From Polaromonas sp. (GTDB lineage Bacteria; Pseudomonadota; Gammaproteobacteria; Burkholderiales; Burkholderiaceae_C), in assembly GCA_013298815.1 (NCBI GenBank), contig JAAFJF010000002.1:2191-66190 (forward strand): DNA of 64,000 bases, read 5' to 3'. The position numbers and the translations under genes are program-made. Under the pieces are notes generated by a model that was given only the letters and a program-made list of their open reading frames with translations, did not search any database and was not told the DNA's origin. This document shows positions 1 to 8,593 of this stretch, in pieces. The stretch's first letter is position 1. Every line of letters begins with the position of its first letter.

Positions 1-1084
1 GGCCAGCACGCTGGTTGGCAGAGGATTGGCTGATCGGCTCAACCAGCAACTGCTCCACCTTGCTCCTGAAGCTGTAGCGCTTCATGCGCGCTGTGCCGGC
101 GTCGATCACGTAGCGAATGCCCGGCACGGTGAGCGAGGTTTCAGCGACATTGGTCGCCAAGACGATGCGGCGGCCGGTGTGGCCGTCAAAAATCCGGTCC
201 TGCTCGGCCTGGCTGAGACGCGCAAATAGCGGCAGCACTTCAGCGTTGCGCATCACAGGTTTGTGACTTACATGACCGCGTAAGTGCTCTGCGGCTTCAC
301 GAATTTCTCGCTCACCGGGTAGGAAAACCAAAATATCGCCGCCGTTGTGCGGGTTGATCCACAACTCGTCCACCGCATCAGCAATCGCGTTGTTCAGCCC
401 GTAATCACGGGATTCTTCATACGGCCGGTAGCGTTGTTCGACCGGAAACATCCGGCCCGAGACCATGATGACGGGCGCTGGCCCTTGTCTGGACGCAAAA
501 TGGTCCGCAAAACGCTGCGCATCAATCGTGGCTGAGGTGACGATGATTTTCAAATCTGGCCGGCGCGGCAGAATTTGGCGCAGGTAGCCTAGCAGGAAGT
601 CGATGTTCAAGCTGCGCTCGTGCGCCTCGTCGATGATGATGGTGTCGTAGGCTTTGAGCAGCGGGTCGGTCTGCGTCTCGGCCAGCAAAATACCGTCGGT
701 CATCAGTTTGACCGAGGCACCACGGCTCAGCCGGTCCTGAAACCGCACCTTGAAACCCACCACCTCGCCTAGCGGCGTTTTTAGCTCTTCGGCAATCCGC
801 TTGGCAACGCTGCTAGCGGCAATCCGCCGTGGCTGAGTGTGGCCGATCAGCTTAGCTTGCTGACCCGGCGCGTAATTGAGCTTGCCGCGCCCCATCGCCA
901 AGGCGATTTTAGGCAACTGTGTCGTCTTGCCCGAACCGGTCTCACCACACACGATGATGACCTGATGCGCCTGCAACGCCGCCATGATCTCGTCACGTTT
1001 GCCGGATACGGGAAGGTTTTCGGGGAAATCAATGACGAGGGAAGTGGATTTGACTGGATTAACGGGATTTTGGGGCACGGACAT
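1..1084 (-). CDS. hrpA: ATP-dependent RNA helicase HrpA, N-terminal part (rest of gene lies beyond the window start)
   Basis: Not in the ORF track because it is open at the window edge. My own reverse-strand translation from the ATG at 1084-1082 gives [59 protein letters not shown] (Walker A). Further on it shows [10 protein letters not shown] (DEAH box), VTSATID and [23 protein letters not shown], and reaches QRAG at the edge. Confidence 0.9.
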   Translation of the reverse strand, partial: MSVPQNPVNPVKSTSLVIDFPENLPVSGKRDEIMAALQAHQVIIVCGETGSGKTTQLPKIALAMGRGKLNYAPGQQAKLIGHTQPRRIAASSVAKRIAEELKTPLGEVVGFKVRFQDRLSRGASVKLMTDGILLAETQTDPLLKAYDTIIIDEAHERSLNIDFLLGYLRQILPRRPDLKIIVTSATIDAQRFADHFASRQGPAPVIMVSGRMFPVEQRYRPYEESRDYGLNNAIADAVDELWINPHNGGDILVFLPGEREIREAAEHLRGHVSHKPVMRNAEVLPLFARLSQAEQDRIFDGHTGRRIVLATNVAETSLTVPGIRYVIDAGTARMKRYSFRSKVEQLLVEPISQSSANQRAG

Positions 1085-1168
1085 AAGGTTAGATTATCGG
1101 GGATGATGGGGGGATAATGCTTGGACCAGCCCGAGTAAACCCGATTCAACATTGCTAAGGAGTTTCGC

Positions 1169-1537
1169 ATGTCTAAATCCGCCTCAGCCTCCGCATTTAC
1201 CGTCAAGTTCTTTGGCATTTACGCCCTTCTTACCGGTTTGAACTTGATGTTTGCACCGAATATGCTGCTTGGCATGTTTGGCATCCCTGAAACCAACGAA
1301 GTATGGATTCGCGTCGTCGGCGTGCTGGCGTTCAACATTGGCATTTACTACTGGTATGCCGCCAAGTGCGAGGCTAAAGCGTTTTTTGAAGCCACGGTTT
1401 ACGCGCGGGGCTTTGTATTTATTGCTTTTGCAACTTTTGCAGCATTGGGCTTGGTCAACAAAGCGCTGATTTTGTTTGGCTGCGTGGAGGTGGCGGGGGC
1501 GATCTGGACGTGGTTGGCGCTTAGAAAAGAGAAATAA
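1169..1537 (+). CDS. small integral membrane protein, function unknown
   Basis: 122 aa ORF with about four hydrophobic helices (FFGIYALLTGLNLMF, WIRVVGVLAFNIGIYYWY, FVFIAFATFAALGLV, LILFGCVEVAGAIWTWLAL). AGGAG lies upstream of the ATG. Confidence 0.6.
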   Translation: MSKSASASAFTVKFFGIYALLTGLNLMFAPNMLLGMFGIPETNEVWIRVVGVLAFNIGIYYWYAAKCEAKAFFEATVYARGFVFIAFATFAALGLVNKALILFGCVEVAGAIWTWLALRKEK

Positions 1538-1564
1538 TTGATTTTCGGCATCTAAATTGGCACT

Positions 1565-1612
1565 TAGCCTGCGTATTTACTGCCTTAGCAGCTATTAAAT
1601 TTATAGTATATT
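1565..1612 (-). repeat. dispersed intergenic repeat, copy 1
   Basis: The reverse complement reads ACTATAAATTTAATAGCTGCTAAGGCAGTAAATACGCAGGCTAAG. Confidence 0.8.
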
Positions 1613-1629
1613 TAAATCGCATTGAATGT

Positions 1630-2730
1630 ATGAAAAGACGTGAATTAGTAAGTACCGCCCTACTGCTATCCGCCAGTTTGCCGTTCAACATCGCAAAAGC
1701 CGCCCCCGCCGCCACTTCTGCAACCCATACGGGCTGGCGCATGCCGGACGAGTCAGAGCCGCACACATGCACTTGGATGGCGTTTGGGGCTAATAAAACC
1801 ATTTGGGGTGCAAAGTTGCTGCCAGAAGTACAGCGTAACTTGGCATTGATTGCCAACACCATCGCTAAGTACGAGCCCGTCAACATGCTTGTGAACAGCC
1901 GAGATTTGACATTGGCGCACAGCCTTGTGGGCAAAAATGTGACCTTAATCGTCTGCCCGCTGGACGACTTGTGGGTGCGAGATACGGGCCCAGTGTTTGT
2001 CAGCAAGCAAGGTAAAAAGGCAGGAATTCAATTCAACTTCAACGGCTGGGGCGAAAAACAGGCGTTCAAGCAGGATGCTTTGGTCGCTGGTTTTGTGGGG
2101 AAGCAAGCCAAAGTTGAGTTGATGCAAACCAAGCTGGTGCTCGAAGGTGGCTGCATAGAGGTGGATGGCCACGGTACGGCCATCATGACAGAAAGCTGTA
2201 TTTTGAACGACAACCGCAACCCCGGCATTGGCAAAGAAGCTGTTGAGACTGAACTGAAACGCCTGCTGGGGCTGCAAAAAATCATTTGGCTGCCTGGTAT
2301 CAAAGGCAAAGACATTACCGATGGGCACACCGATTTTTACGCCCGTTTTGCCAGCCCAGGCGTGGTAATGGCTGGTTTTGACCCAGATACCGCTTCTTAT
2401 GACCATACGGTAACCGTGAAGCACTTAGAAATACTGAACAACACCACAGACGCACAAGGCCGTAAACTAGAAGTCATCACCTTAAAAGCACCCAGCAGTG
2501 TGAGAAAAGCCTTTGAAAACAAAGAGTTTGCTGCAGGCTACATCGGCTTTTACGTTTGTAATGGCGCTGTGATTGCGCAGGAGTTCGGCGATGCAAAAGC
2601 GGACGCCGTCGCCAAAGCCAGCTTGCAACGCGCCTTTCCTGGGCGAGTAATTGAGCAGCTAAATGTGGATGGGATTGCCGCCGGTGGGGGCAGCATCCAC
2701 TGCGCGACACAGCAAGAAATTTGGGCTTAA
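1630..2730 (+). CDS. agmatine deiminase / Porphyromonas-type peptidyl-arginine deiminase family enzyme with a Tat-like signal peptide
   Basis: 366 aa. Family motifs are WRMPDESEPHTCTWMAF, DDLWVRDTGPVFV, GHTDFYARF and the C-terminal catalytic GGSIHCATQQ. The N-terminus MKRRELVSTALLLSASLPFNIAKA resembles the Tat signals of SoxB, SoxY and FccB in this window. Confidence 0.85.
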   Translation: MKRRELVSTALLLSASLPFNIAKAAPAATSATHTGWRMPDESEPHTCTWMAFGANKTIWGAKLLPEVQRNLALIANTIAKYEPVNMLVNSRDLTLAHSLVGKNVTLIVCPLDDLWVRDTGPVFVSKQGKKAGIQFNFNGWGEKQAFKQDALVAGFVGKQAKVELMQTKLVLEGGCIEVDGHGTAIMTESCILNDNRNPGIGKEAVETELKRLLGLQKIIWLPGIKGKDITDGHTDFYARFASPGVVMAGFDPDTASYDHTVTVKHLEILNNTTDAQGRKLEVITLKAPSSVRKAFENKEFAAGYIGFYVCNGAVIAQEFGDAKADAVAKASLQRAFPGRVIEQLNVDGIAAGGGSIHCATQQEIWA

Positions 2731-2763
2731 TTAGGTATTGATTAGGTATTGATTAGGTATTAA
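2731..2763. repeat. tandem repeat, 3 x 11 bp (TTAGGTATTGA)
   Basis: Read directly: ttaggtattga ttaggtattga ttaggtattaa, starting one base after the stop codon of the deiminase gene. Confidence 0.9.
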
Positions 2764-2810
2764 TTAGAGCTTAATTCGGACATAATTAAGGCATAAATTA
2801 ACTATGACCA

Positions 2811-2848
2811 GCATTTTTACTGCCTTAGCAGCTATTATATTTATAGCA
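2811..2848 (-). repeat. dispersed intergenic repeat, copy 2 (truncated, lacks the GCCGGCTAGAG arm)
   Basis: The reverse complement reads CTATAAATATAATAGCTGCTAAGGCAGTAAAAATGC. Confidence 0.7.
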
Positions 2849-3088
2849 ACCAAAATTACTTTTTGCACCGCACCAAATCAGCACACGGGTCACCCACACG
2901 ACTACTTAAGCTCTAGACAAAAAGCACCTCCTTGGTGCTTGGGCTTACTTTCAAACCCTATTGGTGCATCGCTGTTTTTCACGCAATTATTTTTGGTGTT
3001 TTTTTGAACTGACGCTTTCGAATTACGGGTTTTCCCGTAGTAGATTTCTATAATTGTTTCAACAGTTACACATTTCAACCTTAAATTC

Positions 3089-3982
3089 GTGAAGAAAGTC
3101 ACAAATATGTCAATTATTAGCCCCCGACATCAAGCGTCTATGTCAAGTGCTTCTGGCGCAATCAGCGGTCAAATGTCCCGCCGTTCTTTGATTCGGTTGG
3201 CAGTCCTTAGTTTGGCGCTGCCGGCTGCTCATTCAGCCTATGCAGAAATATCGCTTGCCACGGCGATCAACCGATGCGCGCGTTTTCGCGCTTTGTCGCA
3301 GCGCGGCGCCAAAGCTTATGCGCAACTGGCTTTGAATGTCATGCCTGAGGCTGCTCAAAAAACGCTGGCAACTGTACAGCGTTTGTTTCAACAAGGCTTT
3401 GAAGATTTGGCGCAGGCAAGTTTGACACCAGATCTTGTCAAACAAATTGCTGTTCTGCAGGGGGAGGCTACCAAATTACTGGCCCTGATTAACGAAAAGC
3501 CTAAGCTCGAGCAGCTGGTCATGGTTAATACGCAGGCGGACAAAGTATTGAGTTTGGCGCACAAAGCCACGGAAGCTCTATCGCAAGCATCTGCATCTGC
3601 TTCTAAAGCTGCCAGTGGCAAAATCATTGACATGGCGGGACGCCAGCGGATGCTGTCACAGCGGATGGCTAAAAACTACTACTTGACTGCCGCAAATGTG
3701 AATTTAACGGCCGCAACGCAACAAATCCAGCAAGACAAAATCGAATTCAATGCGGCGATGGCAGTGCTGATTAAAACGCCGATTTCAACCAACGCCATCC
3801 GAGAAGACTTAGAACTGTGCTCTGCGCAATGGTTTTTGTTTGAGGGTGCTCTAGATTTGCCACGCAACCGCGCTGACGCGATGAAGAACGTTGCTAGCAC
3901 TAGTGAGCGTTTATTGGAGTTGACTAACAGTTTGACAGATAAGTACGAAAAAGCTTTGAAAGACGTGCTGGGTAACGTCTAA
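3089..3982 (+). CDS. secreted PilJ/NarX-type N-terminal sensor-domain protein (paralog A)
   Basis: 297 aa, with a GTG start at 3089 or an ATG at 3107. It has a signal-like RRSLIRLAVLSLALPAAHSAYA. INRCARFRALSQRGAKAY and AGRQRMLSQRMAKNYYL are the duplicated helix motif typical of the type IV pili MCP N-terminal (PilJ) / NarX periplasmic domain. No transmembrane or output domain is present. Confidence 0.7.
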   Translation: MKKVTNMSIISPRHQASMSSASGAISGQMSRRSLIRLAVLSLALPAAHSAYAEISLATAINRCARFRALSQRGAKAYAQLALNVMPEAAQKTLATVQRLFQQGFEDLAQASLTPDLVKQIAVLQGEATKLLALINEKPKLEQLVMVNTQADKVLSLAHKATEALSQASASASKAASGKIIDMAGRQRMLSQRMAKNYYLTAANVNLTAATQQIQQDKIEFNAAMAVLIKTPISTNAIREDLELCSAQWFLFEGALDLPRNRADAMKNVASTSERLLELTNSLTDKYEKALKDVLGNV

Positions 3983-4024
3983 TTTTGTGTTTAATTTTGT
4001 GTTTAATTTTGTGTTTAATTTGTA
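3981..4024. repeat. tandem repeat, about 3.7 x 12 bp (AATTTTGTGTTT)
   Basis: Read directly, immediately after the stop codon of the 3089..3982 ORF. Confidence 0.9.
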
Positions 4025-4073
4025 CCTGAATTTCCTGTAGGATTGGTGTTAAGTCAACTGCAGGACAGGCTTT

Positions 4074-4928
4074 ATGCAACTATTAGATAAACCGTGGCAA
4101 AACTGGATCAATGAAAATTTTGCACGAGGCTGTGCTTTTGAGGCCATGCTGGCAGACATGCTCAAAGCTGGCATTTCCAAAGATGTGGCATTGTTTAATT
4201 TGAACAATCGCTCAGACCAAGCCTTGGTGATTGCAGAGGGCGGATCCAACCAACAAGATGGCCCTTATGAGCAAGAGGCCAGCTATTTGTTTCAACATGA
4301 CAACACCATCGTCACACTGGACGGACAGCAAATTCAAGTCGCTATGAGGGTAACCGCGCCTGATGTGGTGCTGTTGGACAATTTCATGACGCACGAGGAA
4401 TGTGATGCTTTTTGTGAGTTGTCAAAAAGTACCTTGGTCAAGTCCACGGTGGTGGATGATGCGACTGGCGCTTCAGTGGGGCACGAGCATCGCACCAGCA
4501 TGGGTACGTATTTCACGCTGGGACAAAACGATTTAGTGAAAAAAATTGAGGCCCGAATTGCTGAAGTGACTGGCACACCCGTACCCAACGGGGAAGGCAT
4601 ACAGATATTGAATTACGTGGGCGGTGGTGAATACAGACCACATTTTGACTATTTTCCCGACACCATTGGGGGACGGGTTCACACTGCTAAAAGTGGGCAG
4701 CGCACGATCACGGTCATCATGTATTTGAATGAGGTTAAAGCTGGCGGCGCAACAGTTTTACCAAGCATTAATCTCAGCGTCTACCCCAAAAAGGGCTCAG
4801 CGCTGTACTTTTCATATCTCAACTCAAAGGGGCAAGTAGACCCTTCTACGTTGCATGGCGGTGCTCCTGTGATTCAAGGTGAAAAGTGGATTGCCACCAA
4901 ATGGATACGCGAACGCATTTACATGTGA
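4074..4928 (+). CDS. 2-oxoglutarate/Fe(II)-dependent oxygenase, prolyl 4-hydroxylase alpha-like
   Basis: 284 aa. It carries the HxD facial-triad context YRPHFDYF, the distal HGGAPVIQGEKWIATKWIRE, and TVIMYLNEVKAGGATVLP. An N-terminal extension of about 100 aa has unknown function. Confidence 0.8.
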   Translation: MQLLDKPWQNWINENFARGCAFEAMLADMLKAGISKDVALFNLNNRSDQALVIAEGGSNQQDGPYEQEASYLFQHDNTIVTLDGQQIQVAMRVTAPDVVLLDNFMTHEECDAFCELSKSTLVKSTVVDDATGASVGHEHRTSMGTYFTLGQNDLVKKIEARIAEVTGTPVPNGEGIQILNYVGGGEYRPHFDYFPDTIGGRVHTAKSGQRTITVIMYLNEVKAGGATVLPSINLSVYPKKGSALYFSYLNSKGQVDPSTLHGGAPVIQGEKWIATKWIRERIYM

Positions 4929-4942
4929 CATTTTGAGAATAT

Positions 4943-4954
4943 GTGAATATTCAC
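4943..4954. promoter_or_regulatory. perfect 12-bp palindrome GTGAATATTCAC (candidate operator)
   Basis: Read directly in the intergenic region between the P4H-like gene and PilJ-domain paralog B. Confidence 0.3.
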
Positions 4955-5014
4955 GCGACACTGTCGCCCCAAGTCCACACAAAAGTAATCCAAAGTTATT
5001 AATATTGCTAGAGA

Positions 5015-5036
5015 GTTTGTAATATTTATTACAAAC
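5015..5036. promoter_or_regulatory. perfect inverted repeat GTTTGTAATA-TT-TATTACAAAC (candidate operator)
   Basis: Read directly. It has 10-bp arms and a 2-bp spacer, and ends 30 bp upstream of the ATG at 5067. Confidence 0.4.
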
Positions 5037-5066
5037 GTAGTAGTTTTAAAACTGAAGGGATGACCT

Positions 5067-5873
5067 ATGTCTTATCCGCAGCCGCTGACGCGGCGCAAGT
5101 TGCTACAACTTTCGTCGCTGGGTTTATGTTTACCCATGGCTTTTGAAACACAGGCTCAGGTCGCTTTAGCAGTATCCATCAACCGTACCGCACGCTTTCG
5201 TGCTTTGTCGCAGCGCAGTGCTAAGGCCTATGTTCAATTGGTTCTGAACGTCATGCCTGATGCAACAAAAAACACAATCGCTTCTACACAGCGTTTGATG
5301 TTATCTGGTTTAGAAGAACTGTCCTTGGGTAATTACAACGCGGAAGTTACGCAAAACATAGCTGCGATCAAAGCGGAAGCTGCAGCTCTAACCATACTAT
5401 TAGCGACTGACCCCAAGCGCGACATGTTGGTGCCTGTCTCGGTGCAAGCTGACAAATTAACAGAGCAAGCCAACAAAACGACAGAGCTTTTGGCCAATCA
5501 GACAAAGTCTGGTAACGCAAAAATTGTGGCTATTGCCGACAAGCAGCGCATGCTGTCGCAGCGGCTTGCTAAAAATTATTTCATGCAAGCGGCGAATCTC
5601 AACTCAAATCCAGTTCGACTGCAACTAGCCAGTGACCGCGCAGAATTCAAAGCCGGACTGGCCATGTTGAAAGATGCGCCTATTTCAACAGTTAATATTC
5701 GAAACGACATCGATTTGTGTGCGGCACAGTGGTTTTTGTTTGAAACCTCTATCGACAAACCACGCAGTCGCCCCTACGTGATGGATGACGTCGCGGTGTC
5801 TAGCGAGCGGCTGCTGGATATCACCAGCAGCTTGAGCACGCTTTATGAAAAGGCTGTCAAAGACGTCGTTTAG
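5067..5873 (+). CDS. secreted PilJ/NarX-type N-terminal sensor-domain protein (paralog B)
   Basis: 268 aa. It is collinear with paralog A (INRTARFRALSQRSAKAY, ADKQRMLSQRLAKNYF, CAAQWFLFE, SSERLLDITSSL..YEKAVKDV). It has a Tat/Sec-like N-terminus RRKLLQLSSLGLCLPMAFETQA. Confidence 0.7.
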   Translation: MSYPQPLTRRKLLQLSSLGLCLPMAFETQAQVALAVSINRTARFRALSQRSAKAYVQLVLNVMPDATKNTIASTQRLMLSGLEELSLGNYNAEVTQNIAAIKAEAAALTILLATDPKRDMLVPVSVQADKLTEQANKTTELLANQTKSGNAKIVAIADKQRMLSQRLAKNYFMQAANLNSNPVRLQLASDRAEFKAGLAMLKDAPISTVNIRNDIDLCAAQWFLFETSIDKPRSRPYVMDDVAVSSERLLDITSSLSTLYEKAVKDVV

Positions 5874-5879
5874 CCCGCT

Positions 5880-7127
5880 TCAAATCACCTTTTCAGCACG
5901 TAGCTGATTGATGGTTTCCATGCTGTAGCCTAACTGTTGCAATACTTCATCGGTATGCTCACCTAGCAACGGTGAACGGGTCACCACGGTTTCGCTGTCA
6001 GACATTTTGATGGGGTTACCCACCGTCAAATACTTGCCACGCTCTGGATGATCGACTTCAACAATCGTACCCGTTTCGCGCAAAGCGGGCTCTTCTGCGA
6101 TTTCTTTCATCGACAAAATAGGGCCGCACGGAATGTCGAACTTGTTCAAAATATCCATGGCTTCAAACTTGGTTTTCGTCATGGTCCATTTTTCAATGCG
6201 CTTGAAAATCGGGCCTAAGTGCAACAATCGCGCAGCTGGCGTGGCGTAGGCTTCGTCGTTAATCCAGCCCTCTTCACCTATCACCTTGCACACTGCTGGC
6301 CAGACTGCGCCTTGGGTGATGAAGTAGATGTAAGCGTTCGGGTCGGTCTCCCAGCCCTTGCATTTCAAAATAGACCCTGGCTGACCACCGCCAGATGCAT
6401 TCCCAGCACGCGGCACGGCATCACCAAACTTGCCATCGGGGTATTGTGGATATTCATGCATGGTGCCTGTGCGCTCCAAGCGCTGTTGGTCGCGCAGCTT
6501 GACGCGGCAGAGGTTCAACACAGAATCTTGCATGGGAGCCAAGACTTTTTGACCACGGCCGCTGGTGTTGCGCTGGTACAGTGCAGCAACAATGCCCAAA
6601 GCCAAATGTAAGCCGGTGCCGCTGTCGCCAATTTGAGCGCCTGTCACCACTGGTGGGCCATCGTCAAAACCGGTGGTTGATGCTGCACCGCCCGCGCACT
6701 GCGCCACGTTTTCGTACACTTTGCAATCTTCGTAAGGGCCAGGGCCAAAGCCTTTGACTGACGCCACAATCATGCGCGGGTTCAGAGACTGAATGTGCTC
6801 CCAGGTGATGCCCATGCGGTCAAGCGCACCAGGGGCGAAGTTTTCAACCATCACGTCGCAGGTTTTGATCAAAGTATCCAACACCTCTTTGCCTTTGGCG
6901 CTTTTGGTGTTGAGCGTGATGGAGCGCTTATTGTGGTTCAGCATTGTGAAGTACAAGCTGTCCACGCCTGGGATATCGCGCAATTGGCCGCGCGTGGCGT
7001 CGCCCTCTCCCGCGCGTTCGACCTTGATAACGTCTGCGCCAAACCACGCCAAAAGCTGCGTGCAAGTAGGGCCAGACTGGACGTGCGTGAAGTCTAGGAT
7101 GCGAACACCGTCTAATGCTTTACTCAT
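5880..7127 (-). CDS. frc: formyl-CoA:oxalate CoA-transferase
   Basis: 415 aa. Near full-length collinearity with my recollection of E. coli YfdW/Frc: [103 protein letters not shown]. Confidence 0.9.
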   Translation of the reverse strand: MSKALDGVRILDFTHVQSGPTCTQLLAWFGADVIKVERAGEGDATRGQLRDIPGVDSLYFTMLNHNKRSITLNTKSAKGKEVLDTLIKTCDVMVENFAPGALDRMGITWEHIQSLNPRMIVASVKGFGPGPYEDCKVYENVAQCAGGAASTTGFDDGPPVVTGAQIGDSGTGLHLALGIVAALYQRNTSGRGQKVLAPMQDSVLNLCRVKLRDQQRLERTGTMHEYPQYPDGKFGDAVPRAGNASGGGQPGSILKCKGWETDPNAYIYFITQGAVWPAVCKVIGEEGWINDEAYATPAARLLHLGPIFKRIEKWTMTKTKFEAMDILNKFDIPCGPILSMKEIAEEPALRETGTIVEVDHPERGKYLTVGNPIKMSDSETVVTRSPLLGEHTDEVLQQLGYSMETINQLRAEKVI

Positions 7128-7192
7128 AAAAATCCCCGATATTAAAGTTAAAAATTTTGAAGTATCTTGAAGTTCGCTATATGCAGCTCAAT

Positions 7193-8305
7193 TTACGCAG
7201 CTCTATTTTTTGCAAGCCAGCTGTTCACAACAGTAACGGTTTGGTCAACACTGGCATTTTGCATGCCCAATTGCGCCGCAAAAATTTGAACAATCATATC
7301 AACACGTTCAATGTGCGTGGCGCCAGCGGCCAAAGCACGTGCGGCTGATGACGGCTTGGCCAAACCATCGGCAGCGGCGGCGTATTTATCAAACGGCACG
7401 AGATCGTCGGAGGATGCGCCCATTGTCACGCACAGCTTGGCCACCCATTCGTAAATAACCTTAGATTGCGCCAAATCACCCAAGACGGCATCTTTGATCG
7501 GACGCATGCCGTCCGCCTGAATGCATTGGTAATTGCCCGTCAACAACATGCTCCACTTGGCCAAAGGTACGAACAAGGAGTCAAATACTTTGAGTTTGAC
7601 GGGCAGTTCTAAGGCTTCGCCGTTGTGCGTGTAGCGCACAGCTTCGATATCGCTCTCGAGTTGCTGCAAGATTTGAGTGTGTTTTGCCGATTCAAAACGT
7701 GCGACTTTGAAGTTGGTGGGCAGTGCGACTTGCAGCACGTTGACAGGCTCATCGACGGGTCGGAAAGCTTGCGGATCTGGGCTTGAGAGCGTCATGCAAA
7801 CCGGGTCAAACGCATCCCATACATCAGCCTGAGCGTAGGCGTTGCGGAAGTTGTTTAAATCAATGTCAACCTTTCTAAGACTATTTTGATTGAGCAATCG
7901 CGCCAAATACGGCAGTGGCGGCATGTTCATGATGGGCATGCAAGGCAATTTTGCCAAGGCAATTTGCTGCATCAATTCACGAATGCCATCTTGCCGGTAC
8001 TGCGGCTCTTGCATGGCCAGCACCACCAAATCAAACGCGGCTAAATTGGTGACTTGCTGTGGCGTACAGGCAGTTAATCGACCCTTTAAGTCTTTTGAAG
8101 CAACTTCAAGCAGGCCATTGACGCCCACGTCCCGCCGACCTTTGATGGGCAAACGCACGCGAATACCCTCAGCATTGATTAAGTTAGCTGTCATTGTGCG
8201 GCAAGTCATTGTCACGTTATGGCCAGCTGCCAAGCATTTGACAGCTAGCAAGGAACCGTAGGACGCACCCAAAATTAGAATGTTGAAAGTTGATGTATTG
8301 CTCAT
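7193..8305 (-). CDS. NAD(P)-binding Rossmann-fold oxidoreductase of unknown specificity (ketopantoate-reductase-like is a guess)
   Basis: The ORF track gives 7193..8338. I prefer the ATG at 8305 (MSNTSTFNILILGASYGSLLAVKCLAAGHNV is an N-terminal dinucleotide-binding motif). It is co-directional with frc and 65 bp upstream of it. Confidence 0.55.
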   Translation of the reverse strand: MSNTSTFNILILGASYGSLLAVKCLAAGHNVTMTCRTMTANLINAEGIRVRLPIKGRRDVGVNGLLEVASKDLKGRLTACTPQQVTNLAAFDLVVLAMQEPQYRQDGIRELMQQIALAKLPCMPIMNMPPLPYLARLLNQNSLRKVDIDLNNFRNAYAQADVWDAFDPVCMTLSSPDPQAFRPVDEPVNVLQVALPTNFKVARFESAKHTQILQQLESDIEAVRYTHNGEALELPVKLKVFDSLFVPLAKWSMLLTGNYQCIQADGMRPIKDAVLGDLAQSKVIYEWVAKLCVTMGASSDDLVPFDKYAAAADGLAKPSSAARALAAGATHIERVDMIVQIFAAQLGMQNASVDQTVTVVNSWLAKNRAA

Positions 8306-8593
8306 ACCGCAATCATACGGGTAAATACTTAAAAACAATCAAGTCTTATATAAGACATAAGATATTAGACTCACTTTTTTTCAGAAAATTGACTGCGGTC
8401 AAAGTTTATCCTCCAAGAGCATTATCAAATTTCACGCTGCGTTTTATCGTTTCACAATGTGATTTAAAGACACGGCTTTCTCGCGATTTTCTTTTCAAAG
8501 ACGAAAACACCGTGTTGATCTGAATTGCATTTTTTATAAATTATCGTTATAGTTAATAATCATATTTGCACTTATAACGATCAGGAGGCAACC

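Noticed and set aside
2804-3102. Small ORFs (67 and 66 aa) in the spacer between the deiminase gene and PilJ-domain paralog A.
   Set aside because: They overlap each other on opposite strands, run through a dispersed-repeat copy, and lack an RBS or recognisable motifs.
2731-4024. Possible CRISPR array suggested by the short tandem repeats.
   Set aside because: The units are 11-12 bp and directly abutting, with no spacers. There are no cas genes in the window.
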